Assembly: GCF_021028975.2 (NCBI RefSeq)
Contig: NC_059425.1
Coordinates: 96,906,001 to 96,970,000 of the forward strand
Source: Sphaerodactylus townsendi
Taxonomy: Eukaryota
DNA: 64,000 nt
Direction of reading: 5' to 3'
Shown here: positions 47,680 to 57,925 of the stretch, piece by piece
How the letters are laid out: the number at the start of each line of letters is the position of its first letter
Numbering within the stretch: position 1 is the stretch's first letter
The notes under the pieces: generated by a model
Told to the model about the DNA's origin: nothing
The model's database searches: none
The model's input: the letters and a program-made list of their open reading frames with translations, nothing else
Position numbers and translations under genes: made by a program

Positions 47680-47900
47680 TATTATTTATTTACTTCATTT
47701 ATGTCCCACCTTTTCCCACCAAGGCAGCATATATTATTTTCCTATCTTCCGTTTTTCTCCTCACAACAACCCTGTGAGGGTGGTAAACTGAAAATGAGTG
47801 ACTGGTCCCAAATCACCCTATGAGCTTCCACCACAAGATGGGGATTCAAAACGGGGTCTTCCAGATACTACTTTGAGATGCTAACTGCTACATTATACTG
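47680..47900 (-). mobile_element. tRNA/CORE-type squamate SINE
   Basis: cctcacaacaaccctgtgagg..gactggtcccaaatcacc..gggattcaaaac. Reverse of the family at 61445-61672. Confidence 0.7.
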
Positions 47901-49734
47901 GCTTTCATAGAGTGGTTGCTGTTGAAGAGCAACAAGCAGCCAGGCCTAGATGTGTCATGCAAGTCAGGTGGTATTAAGCCATCCATTTGGTTGCTGTCAG
48001 CTTGGTCATGATCAGTCCTCCCTGAAAGGAGGAAAAAGCCCTAGAAAAAACCCTGCCACCTCCCCCTATAATTTACTGACAGAAACTAAGGCATGGATTG
48101 CTGTGGTTGGCTAGTAAAGAAGATGTCACTGGGGAAATCTGTTTGTTAAAGCTATAGATACTCCTTTTATCATGTGGGTTTTTTAACTCCCCCAATTAAA
48201 AAAAAGATTTCAGATCTTTTAGCAAACCTGGAATGTTGTTCAGGTTTGTAGAAAGATCTGTTTTGCTCATTCACAGGTCCAATCACAGGGTTTAAGTATT
48301 CTCAGATTCGAGTGACTTCACTATTAGTATGTAGATCCCAATAGTTAATAAATGGCCTCATTGACTGAAATTTTGTACCCAAAATTGTTCCCTTTTCCAC
48401 CATTGGTGGGAACAAGATTTTCTTATTGCTTGATCACACTGGAGGGGATGCTAACAGGGCAGGAGATGATATTATCCCACTGACTGAAAACTGAAAAGAT
48501 TTACTGGGGGTATCTGCATTATTTGAATGGTTAAGTGGAATTGTGCCACAAGCACTCGTCATTTATTTTGGTCTAGGAGAATGACATAATGACATTTTAT
48601 TGAGCTTAATTCCTCTCATGATTCTCTGATTCAATCCAAGATGGAGTTTTCCTACACCTTTGGCTTCATAGGCCCCAGTAGTATAGGGTTCTGGGGGTGA
48701 CAATATGCTGCATTATATTACCTTCAGCAATTTCCCAGTTGCTTCCTTACAGATTTTCAAAACACAAGTAGTAAAATGTTGTGCTAGAAGTGGGTATCCA
48801 TGGATCTACATCTTAAATAGCTAAGAAAAAAAGACAGTCAGCCGACCAAAAAGCCCCAAAAGAATTAGGGAGGATTTATTAAATGATTATTCACTAGGCT
48901 GGTAAAAGTTCCCAGGTTAGTACCTGGGGATTAGGTGAAATGGCAATGATATCAGCCAACCCTGCTTTTTATCCACTAATTTTGTAATACAATTGTCCTA
49001 TTAAAGTTATATGAAAGAGGCTGGAATTACACATGAAGAATAGCTAGTTACAAGGATCTGGGAAGATCTGACTGTTCCTATTACACTTGATCAAATGCAA
49101 CTGTTAGCAGCTTTGGCAGAGATCACCTCTGATGAGAAAAAGGAAAGAATGACATTCCAGTTAAAGGCAAAACCTCTGCTAAAATTCACAATTAAATGGG
49201 AGCAGCTATTGTTCAGCTTTCTGACTGGGGATATGGTACAGGTCTTGCTGCTCTGCTTGCCTTTAATGAGGACTTCCTAAATCAGAGCTACCTGTTCCCT
49301 CTCAAAAATCTGACTGCATTAAACATAATTTGGGTATATATAGATATATACATGATGTTATTTCCAGTTGTGTTCCCTTCTTTTCCCCACTGATTTTCTG
49401 AATCTTCTTTTTTTCGTTTTTTGAATCAGTAGATTCTCAGAAGTACTATCTAGTACTCGAGTTGAGTGAGCGATGGCTAGAGGTGAATTTTTAAAGTACA
49501 AAACTTTTGAAAAATTAAAGAGTTTTTGGCAGATTGGGTCAAAATCTCAGCTGGCTTAAATTGGAGTAGCTCTTTAACATTGTCAATAGAGTCATTATGG
49601 ATATGGACTCATGCCGATTGTTAAGAGTTCATTGTCCAGCCTACTTCATTACTTCATGTGGCATAAGTAAAAAAGGATCACTTCCTAGTGCTAGTGGTTC
49701 TGGGTTTTTGTTTTTGTTTTGTATATTGTTATGT

Positions 49735-49950
49735 ATGGGGAAGGGCTGTGGCTCAGGGGTAGAGAATCTGCTTTTCATGCAGATAACTCCAAGTCTAATC
49801 CCTGGCATGTCTAGTTAAAAGGGTGAAGTGGTAAATGATATGAAAGACCTCTGTCTGAGACCTGGAGAGATGCTACCAGTCTGAGCAGATAATATTGACC
49901 TCAAAAGGCCAGTGATCTGATCCTCTATAAGACAGCTTCATGTGTTTATG
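49735..49950 (+). mobile_element. tRNA-head / CR1-tail SINE, near full length
   Basis: A box tggctcaggggtagag, degenerate B box agtctaatcc, and tail tataagacagcttcatgtgt. Confidence 0.75.
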
Positions 49951-50387
49951 TATCCATCCTTTATTGCTTATGCCGGAAACACAGAATAATTTACAGGTGT
50001 TCGCTCATCCATCTGCCCCCTCCATTTTAAGTACTACTTAGCTGTAAAACTACTGTGCACCCTCAAACCACTTCTGTCATTGTAAAAAGGGTAATACAAC
50101 TCTTATCTCAACAATGGAAATGTTATTGTTATTTTAATTATGCATCACCAGAATTAAAGGGAAACAATAATGATATACATATGCCACAAAATGGAGTCAA
50201 GGATTAGAATTCTGATCTCCCAGATCCATGTTCAGTTTCAGGAAACCAAAAATGTTTCTGCAGGGAAAAATGGTGTTTATGGAAAGTAAGTTTTCCTTGC
50301 TGACTCTCAGATATGCATCAACTTGACCGTGTATGAATATTTAGATCAACAGCACTCTACAATGTAGTTTACAGAGTTTTAGTATGC

Positions 50388-50447
50388 TATTCCATGATGA
50401 CCAGTAATATTCCATGATGACCAGTAATATTCCATGATGACCAGTAA
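50388..50447. repeat. Perfect 20-bp tandem repeat x3
   Basis: tattccatgatgaccagtaa x3. Confidence 0.97.
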
Positions 50448-50451
50448 TGAA

Positions 50452-50635
50452 TGTGGAAAGGGCCGTTAAGTTGCAACCAACTTACGGTGACCCTACAAGA
50501 CAAGAGACTAATAGAAGTCATTGCCTTCCTCCTCACAGTAAGTCTGGAATTTCTTGGTGGTATCCCACCAAATACTAAACAGGACTGACCCTGTTTACTT
50601 TATAAAGATCTGATGAGATCAGGCTAGCCTGGGCT
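50452..50635 (-). mobile_element. 5S-derived SINE
   Basis: cttggtggtatccca.caaatactaa.cagg.ctgaccctg..gatctgatgagatcaggctagcctggg is the reverse of the 5S head. Confidence 0.7.
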
Positions 50636-51770
50636 ACAGCTCAGTACAGGTAAGAGAAAATAAAAGACTGTTCCTTGAGCAAAAACTTGTAATTTCTAAA
50701 TTTTCAGTAGTCCCTGTAGATTCACCAATATAGGTGTTGACATTTGTATACATATTGAAGAAAATGCAATGGGGTTACCTGGCAAAAGTTTGGAAGCTCA
50801 TTCCATTCTTGCACTCTAAACACTTTCAGCCCTGAATGCCACTTGTTTAATGGGTTTTCAGTCTGGTATTTTTTAAAGTCTCCAAAAAATAGCATAACAT
50901 TGATCGTATAGAATCTGATCCTGGGTTTCAAATTAGTAATATAAACTTTCTACACAGATTTCTTCAAAAGTTTTCCTACAGTATATTGTAAACTGTAAGT
51001 GCTACAGATATAAAAAGGGTTGACTGAAAATTGGATTGATATATTGAATTAATGTAAATTAGAGTAGTTTCATATCCCAAAAGCTGACCAGTAAATCTCA
51101 GTCAGTTATCTGTATATAACTGTCTCTCGCAGGCTGATTATCCATGGCCTGACGCACTTCCTCTCTCAGTGAGTAGCAGGAAGTAAGCATGTTAGGACAA
51201 GAAATCGTGCCCCAATGCAATTCAGCTCCCAGTGCTGCCCAGAGCTCTTTGGAGTCCCATCTGTAACCAGCCACAATCATGTAGGACCTTTTTTGTTATT
51301 TAGAAAGCAAAAATATACAAACAATTATTTGATCCAGCAACTTTTGCAAAGGTTTTTTTTAAAAAAAAAATGCATTTAATCTTGTAACTCAGGACTTGCA
51401 GTAAGATTTTCTTTGATTCAGATATCTTATCTCTTGTAATTATATTTAATTATCAGTAGCCTTACATAGGAGATATTCATGAATAAAAAAACATGCTATG
51501 GTATTTTATGAAACCAGAATAAAACTGAACATGGAATACTTCCAGTTAGCTGCATTCACCATAAATGAGAGCATCTTAAACCTGAAATGTTTGTGCTGAG
51601 TCAGGGAAGAAAATAATGGATGAGACTGGGGGCTTCTCACTGCTTTGTTTGTTTTCAACACCGCTGAAATATTATCCTGATTTTGCCAGCCTGTTTGAAT
51701 CAGCAACTATCAGCAGGGGATATGGCAAAGTCCCATTTGGATTTTGAGAGTCGGGTATGCTGATTCACTG

Positions 51771-52405
51771 CATAAGAACATAAGAACATAAGAACAAGCC
51801 AGCTGGATCAGACCAGAGTCCATCTAGTCCAGCTCTCTGCTACTCGCAGTGGCCCACCAGGTGCCTTTGGGAGTTCACATGTAGGATGTGAAAGCAATGG
51901 CCTTCTGCGGCTGTTGCTCCCTGAGCACCCTGGACTGTTAAGGCATTTACTATCTCTCAGATCAAGAGGATCCAAGATTAGTAGCCCATAAAATTGACTT
52001 CTCCCCTCCATAGTCTTAAGAAGCCCCTTTTTAAAAGCTATCCAGGTTGAAGCTGGCCATCACCACCTCCTGTGGCAGCATATTCCAAACACCAATCACC
52101 GTTGTGAAAAGTGTTTCCTTTAGTAGTTCTAATTCTTTAGCATTTTTCAATGAATGCCCCTGGTTCTAGTATTGTGAGAAAGAAGAACAAATTTCTCTCT
52201 GTCCCAACATTTTCTACCCCATGCATAATTTTATAGACTTCAATCCTTATATCCCCTCAGGCGTCTCCTCTCTGGAAGCTAAAAAAGTCCCAAGCTGCAG
52301 CCTTTCCTCATAGGAAGGAACTCCAGTCCCTCAATATATGTTGCCTTGCATATATCAATATCCTTTTTGAGATGTGGTGACCAGAACTGAACACAGTACT
52401 CCACT
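51771..52405 (-). mobile_element. CR1 LINE 3' end with octamer tail
   Basis: (cataagaa)x3 terminal octamer repeat, ggatcagacc..gtccatctagtcc 3' UTR, and CR1 ORF2 C-terminal remnants up to ccagaactgaacacagtactcca. Confidence 0.85.
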
Positions 52406-52502
52406 GCACCTGATGTCCACTAATTCATTTGACTGGAAACAACACTGAGGGGAGTCAAACTTTATAGGAAGAGAAATATGTTGCATTTTTATCAATGCAT
52501 CT

Positions 52503-52703
52503 TGACCTGGATAGGTCAGGCTATCCTGATCTTATTAGATCTCAGAGGTTATGCAGGGTTGACTCGGGACAGTATTTGGATGAGAGACCACCAAAAAATA
52601 CTAGGGTAGCTATGCAGAGGCAGGCAATGGCAAACCACCTCTGAATGTTTCTTGCCTTGAAACCCCTTTGAGATTGCCATAAATTTGCTATGACTTGACA
52701 GCA
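52503..52703 (+). mobile_element. 5S-derived SINE, near full length
   Basis: cctgatcttattagatctcagagg.tatgcagggt..agtatttggatgagagaccacc plus the ggcaatggcaaaccacctctg tail. Confidence 0.78.
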
Positions 52704-53113
52704 ACCCCCACCCCCTGCAAATTTTCATTCAAAGATGTCAAGTTGGCTGTAATTGGGCATGCAAATACTCAGGGTTTTTTTCTGTTGGTACTCTTCGGTA
52801 CTGAGTACCAGCAGATTTTTGGGTGCTCTCCCAAGACTTGATTGTGGTCCATCAGTCCTCCCCACTCAGCCTAACAAAGACAGTGTGGACTCTCAGTAAC
52901 AGCCTAGTGGGGCTCTGCAGAGGGCAGGGGACTTGGTGGGAATTGGCTCAACCTTATATATGACCATCGACATCTCTTTTTAGTTCTTAAAAAAAAGCAT
53001 TGCATATCAATGACTGATGAGAATCTCATCTGAAAGATATAAAGATAGTGTCTGCTGCCTGTTCAGGCACTCCTTCCCAAATTTATTAATCCAGAAAGCA
53101 GTGTGTAAGGTGG

Positions 53114-53116
<3 letters not shown>

Positions 53117-53174
<58 letters not shown>
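53117..53174. repeat. (GA)n microsatellite
   Basis: Directly visible. Confidence 0.97.
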
Positions 53175-53177
<3 letters not shown>

Positions 53178-54005
53178 ATCTGTATATCTTTCACAGGTTC
53201 TTGCATGCTTTTCTTTTCAGTCTCCATTTGCAATGTTTTATCTTTAATAAGCTTTTAATTATGCTTTCACTCTGTTTCATCTTGCAAATCCCATGCCAAA
53301 GTATATTGCCAACCCCAATTTCCCATCTTGCTTATGACAGTAAATTTATGGGGATGAGAAAGAAAATTGTTTTACCAAGTACAGGCACGAAGCGTATCTG
53401 TTGGGGTAGACAAAAGCCTTCATCTGTCCATACATCTATAGCATTTTAAAGAGGTCCTTCAGGAAAGCTGGGGAATAGGCATCTACTTTTCTACACTAAT
53501 TACTTGTAGCTGTCTCTGAGATGTTAGAACAAACTGCCTCACCCTCTTTTTTTAAAAGAAAAACACCATTTCATTTGAAAAAATCACAAAGTAACATAAG
53601 CAAGCATTGTAAACGACATCAGCAGATAGCTCTGAACTGCCAATCGGTGATTCAGTTTAACACTGTGATATATCACAATGGATATATTACATGAAGGAAA
53701 GGAATATTTGCTATTCCAGCATTATCGTACAAACGTTATCATATTTTGTTGTCAGGTGTCTAACAGAGGTGCATGCCACACAGACCAAATGTAATGGATG
53801 TAGCAATTACAACAGGCAGGAGATGCTTTATTTCCCTCCCTTCCACCCATTCATTGTAAGTTCTGCGCTGTCCACTGTCAGGGAGAATCTGCCTGCCTGC
53901 CATTCAGTGCAGGTCACCCAGCAGGTTGTGAGTAGGGTTGGTAAATGCTGTAAAAATTCGGTAAAATTTGGATTCAGATTTATTTGGGCATAAAATTATC
54001 TGAAT

Positions 54006-54335
54006 ACTGTGTCCAGTGAGCAGGCTTAGCTGATATTTATGTGGGAGGGGCAAATGCTGTAGGCATCCATTGGAAAGGGAACCTGATGCCCACAGAACTA
54101 CTGCCTAGCCATGCAAATTTCAGCTAAGTTGGCTGGTTCCTTTCAGGAGACTCACACTTGAAGAGGCTCATTGTGTTTCCCCACTCCTAGATGTGAAGTC
54201 TGCTCACTGGACACAGTGTGTAACAAACTTCACTCTGCGATATACCTCTGAAGATGCCAGTCAGAGATGCAGGTGAAACATTAGAAACAAGATCCACCAG
54301 ACCACGGCCACACAACCCAGAAAGCCCACAACAAC
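54006..54335 (+). mobile_element. Penelope-like fragment with hammerhead core and inverted 22-bp repeat
   Basis: CTGAAGA at 54248-54254 and GAAAC at 54275-54279. Inverted repeat at 54006-54027 / 54196-54217. Confidence 0.72.
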
Positions 54336-54694
54336 ACCGCCTCATTGACTTCACTCAGAACTCTCTCACCCCTCCCCACATCACCCCCAAAAGCAAAGTC
54401 CTAATTTCTACAGAACCTCCACCTCTTAAATGAAGCCACTGAGTCTCCTACCAAATAATACACACAGCTGCAGTATGCCACAGCAACACAAAGATAACCC
54501 CTCCCCAAACCAACTAGGAAAAGAAAGACCCCCCCAAAACAAACCAACTAGGAAAACAGAGCATCCAAGCAAGACACACACACACACCCAAACACACACA
54601 CACACCAATAGGAAAACAGAGAGAATCCAAGCAAGTCCCATAGAAAACTACTTCTAGGGAAAATATTACACTGCAAGAAGTCTCCAACATTCCT

Positions 54695-54860
54695 GCTGGG
54701 CGACCTTGGGCTAGTCACAGTTGTCTCACAACTCTCTCAATTCCACCTACCTCACAAGGTGTCTCATGTGGGCAGAGGAAAGGGGAAGGACTTTGTAAAC
54801 TGCTTTGAGATTCAATCAATCTGCTTCATTAAAGTTAAAGAAAAGCAGGGTATACAATAC
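54695..54860 (+). mobile_element. tRNA/CORE SINE, 5'-truncated
   Basis: gctgggcgaccttgggctagtcacag..cccacctacctcaca.ggtgtc..tgtaaactgctttgag. Confidence 0.65.
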
Positions 54861-54953
54861 ATCCATTCCAAACTCATCTTGAATGAGAGCAATTTAACAA
54901 CAGTCACAGAACAGACTATAACACCAGGAACAATCACACTTTCTCTCTTTCTG

Positions 54954-55082
54954 NNNNNNNNNNNNNNNNNNNNNNNNNNNNNNNNNNNNNNNNNNNNNNN
55001 NNNNNNNNNNNNNNNNNNNNNNNNNNNNNNNNNNNNNNNNNNNNNNNNNNNNNNNNNNNNNNNNNNNNNNNNNNNNNNNNNN
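54954..55082. other. Assembly gap (129 N)
   Basis: Run of n. Confidence 1.
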
Positions 55083-55210
55083 CCATACAGCTGAAGAGAA
55101 ACACTTTAAATTCTGTGCTATACTATGCATTTTACTATGTAAACTATTCAAAACATCACACCAAACTCTTATCCTTAGTTATCGCTTCTCCTCTCCAGCC
55201 ATTTGTCCTA

Positions 55211-55780
55211 GGCCGTATCTGCCGCGGCCCGTTTCTGCAACTGACCTGGAAACAAAAGCCCCCCAGGCCACTGTTAAGCACAGGCGCCAGCTGCCTGCAG
55301 CGCCCAGCTTGGCGACCTGAACTCCTCCCTCCCAGAGGCGTCAAACGCCCTGGCTCTTTAACCCTTTCCCCAAAGGGTTGTTGAGGGAGAGATCCGTCTT
55401 CCCTACTTGGCCAGCCCCGGTCTAGCGAACAGCGCCGCCCGGGGCAACTTCCCTCCCGCCCACTTACTGTGTCTCCCTCGTCACCCACTGTGGGGGGCGC
55501 CATGCATGCCCGCCCACCTGTCCTCCGACCTCCGGGGGGTCCGGAGGGCAGCGTGGCCGAGGGCTCTGGACACCCGCAGGCGACGCAAGTGCAATGACGA
55601 AATGGAGGCCGAGGAAAGTCTGAAGCGACTCACGTGCAGAGCCGCCTGCCTATCTGCCCGGCCTCCCCTGTTGCCTGCCTGCGGCTTCCGTCTGAGAGCG
55701 AATCCACTCTGCGCCCGGTGAAACTCTGCGCCAGTGGGATGAACCCGAGGTGGCATACGTGCTGAAGCATGACCCCTATA
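55211..55780. mobile_element. GC-rich MITE-like insertion, probably related to the elements at 29490 and 30198
   Basis: Starts ggccgtatctgc and forms a GC/CpG-rich island in AT-rich DNA. The right end is unclear. Confidence 0.35.
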
Positions 55781-56576
55781 CAGCACAACTCAACTATGAA
55801 AAGTCTTCACTTTTCAACAATACATCTTCACTGTGCTTTCTCGGAAAAGCACAGTAAAGACGGCTGGGAATTGACCCGGCCTGCGGTTGCTGCTCAGGGT
55901 GGGGAAAGGTGAAACCAGCAGATGCCGCCCAAGTGAGGGCGGAAGGGGAAGGGGAGCCATGCCTGGTGAGGGCTAGCGTCACCGGAGGAAAGGAGGGGCA
56001 AAGCAAGGCTTTAAAAGAGCTCACCCTCCTTTGTCTCAGCCATGTGCTCGCCAACTGCGATTTGCCCACCCACCCTCCCTAATTTTTTCTTATGTGTTAA
56101 TGCATGTTAATGCATGCTTCTTTTGTCATAGCCTGATTCATTGGCGGTCTGGCGCATGGGTATTGATCTGGAAGGGCAAGAGGAAGGGAGCTATGGAGCT
56201 AGGCCTTCCCCTTGGGAACGGTGACAACGGCAAGAGGCGTCTGCCCTGCCAAACAGGGCCAAGGGGGAACATCTCTTGCCAGAAGCGGCCGCCCAGCAGA
56301 GCTCCGCAGAAGAGCAAAGCTCAGGTACGGGGCGCCAGCCCTGCGGAGCTTCAGCACATTACCCATATGACCAGTTCTAGACCCATGCTTAGCCTCATGC
56401 TTCTGCTCAATAAAATGGCTATGGCCAATTTATTACCCCAGCAAATGGAGTGGTGCGTATTATTGGGAAAGGGTTTCACACAGAATAGGTCCATCCTTGG
56501 ACAGCAACCAGTAAATAAACAAAAGCAGGGGAGTCCAAGCAAAAAATAAATTGCAGGCCTTCTTTATCCCATAGAG

Positions 56577-56723
56577 CCATGGTGGCGAACCTATGGCACT
56601 CTAGATGTTCATGGACTACAATTCCCATCAGCCCCTGCCAGCATGGCAAATTGGCCATGCTGGCAGGGCTGATGGAAATTGTAGTTCATGAACATCTGGA
56701 GTGCCATAGGTTCACCACCACTG
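56577..56723. mobile_element. Palindromic hAT MITE, 147 bp
   Basis: Near-perfect full-length hairpin with an 8-bp TSD, ccatagag (56569-56576) / ccatagaa (56724-56731). Confidence 0.9.
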
Positions 56724-56765
56724 CCATAGAATGTAGCTGCTACTGGTCTTTCTTGGAAAAGGCTT

Positions 56766-57567
56766 AAATGAGGATCTAAATAGATCCTCCTGAATGCATA
56801 TGATTTTTGAATTGTAATGAAACTAAATAACCATTAAATTATAAAGTCTACAGGCAGAACCAAAAAAAATCACACATCACATGCTCCGTGGCGCACCAGT
56901 GGTGCAAAAACCCATTTGAAAAACAGGGATGTACAAGGATCAACATTGGCTGCTAAATACTGTGTCAACAAGCACAGAGGAACCGGCTTCAGAACCATGT
57001 CTGCACTGGCAGCTAGCCCCTGTTGCCCCTGATTTGTGTTTCTGTGGCAGAATCTATGGTAATAGACTTAACATGTGAGTTCGAGGCAAATTTGCTAAAA
57101 GCCAGAGGATTCATGAGTAACTATGGTTCAGATGCAACATTTGGAACTATGGCAGTCTGCAAAACAGTGGATGATTGTTCTTGGTGGCAAGCTGTGTACA
57201 CAGATTCAATAGGTTGCCGCAGATGGGGGATCGCTGAGGATCTCTGTTTTTCAAGCAGGTTGTTGTGCCACTGGTGCACCACAAAGCATGTGATGCATGA
57301 TTGTTGTGGTCAGACATATGGCTAAGGGCTTGAGCTGTGATGTGATGGTTGTTTTGGGGTAACTTCGTGCCAAAATCCTGAGGATCCTTGAACATCCCTG
57401 TCTTTCAGGCAGGTTTTTGCGCCACTGGTGCACCAGGGAGCATGTGATGTGTGATTGTTTTGGTGCTGCCTGTAGAGTATGACATGCTTTATAGTTTTTT
57501 GGCTGTTTCTTTTCATTACAATTCAAAAATCATATGAATTCAGGAGGATCTGTTTAGATCCTCATTT
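56766..57567. repeat. ~175-185-bp inverted repeat pair around a ~440-bp spacer
   Basis: aaatgaggatctaaatagatcctcctgaat.catatgatttttgaattgtaatgaaa.. (56766-56941) versus its reverse complement at 57383-57567. Confidence 0.85.
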
Positions 57568-57589
57568 TACCCAGACCTATGCTTTTCCA

Positions 57590-57925
57590 AGCCAAGGGAG
57601 TGGGAAATCTCCGGGTTTTCTGTTTGTCCTTTTGCAAGCTAGGGGGAGAGGGAAATCTCGCTTGTCCTTTTGCAAGCCCAGTGCAGCAGAGGCAGGCAAG
57701 GGAAATCTCAGGTTTGTTTTTCTTTTGCAAGCTCCCTGTGGAGGCTGGGGAGGGGGAAATCTCTGGTTTGCTTGTCTGTCCTTTTGCAAGCAGGGGAGAG
57801 GGAAATCTCTGTCCTTTTGCAAGCCAAGTGCAGCAGAGGCAGAGGAGGGAAATCTCCGGGTTTTGCAAGCTGCCTGCAGTGGCTGGGAAGGGGAATCTCT
57901 GAGGTGTTTTTCTTTTCTTTTTCAA
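57590..57925. repeat. Degenerate minisatellite
   Basis: About 7 recurrences of ggg(a)aatctc, most followed by ..ttttgcaagc. Confidence 0.8.

Noticed and set aside
49735-49810. tRNA gene
   Set aside because: The B box is degenerate, there is no clean cloverleaf, and it is the head of a multi-copy SINE.
52503-52620. Functional 5S rRNA gene
   Set aside because: It is diverged, lacks the 5S 5' end and T-run terminator, and continues into a SINE tail. The same applies to the other copies.
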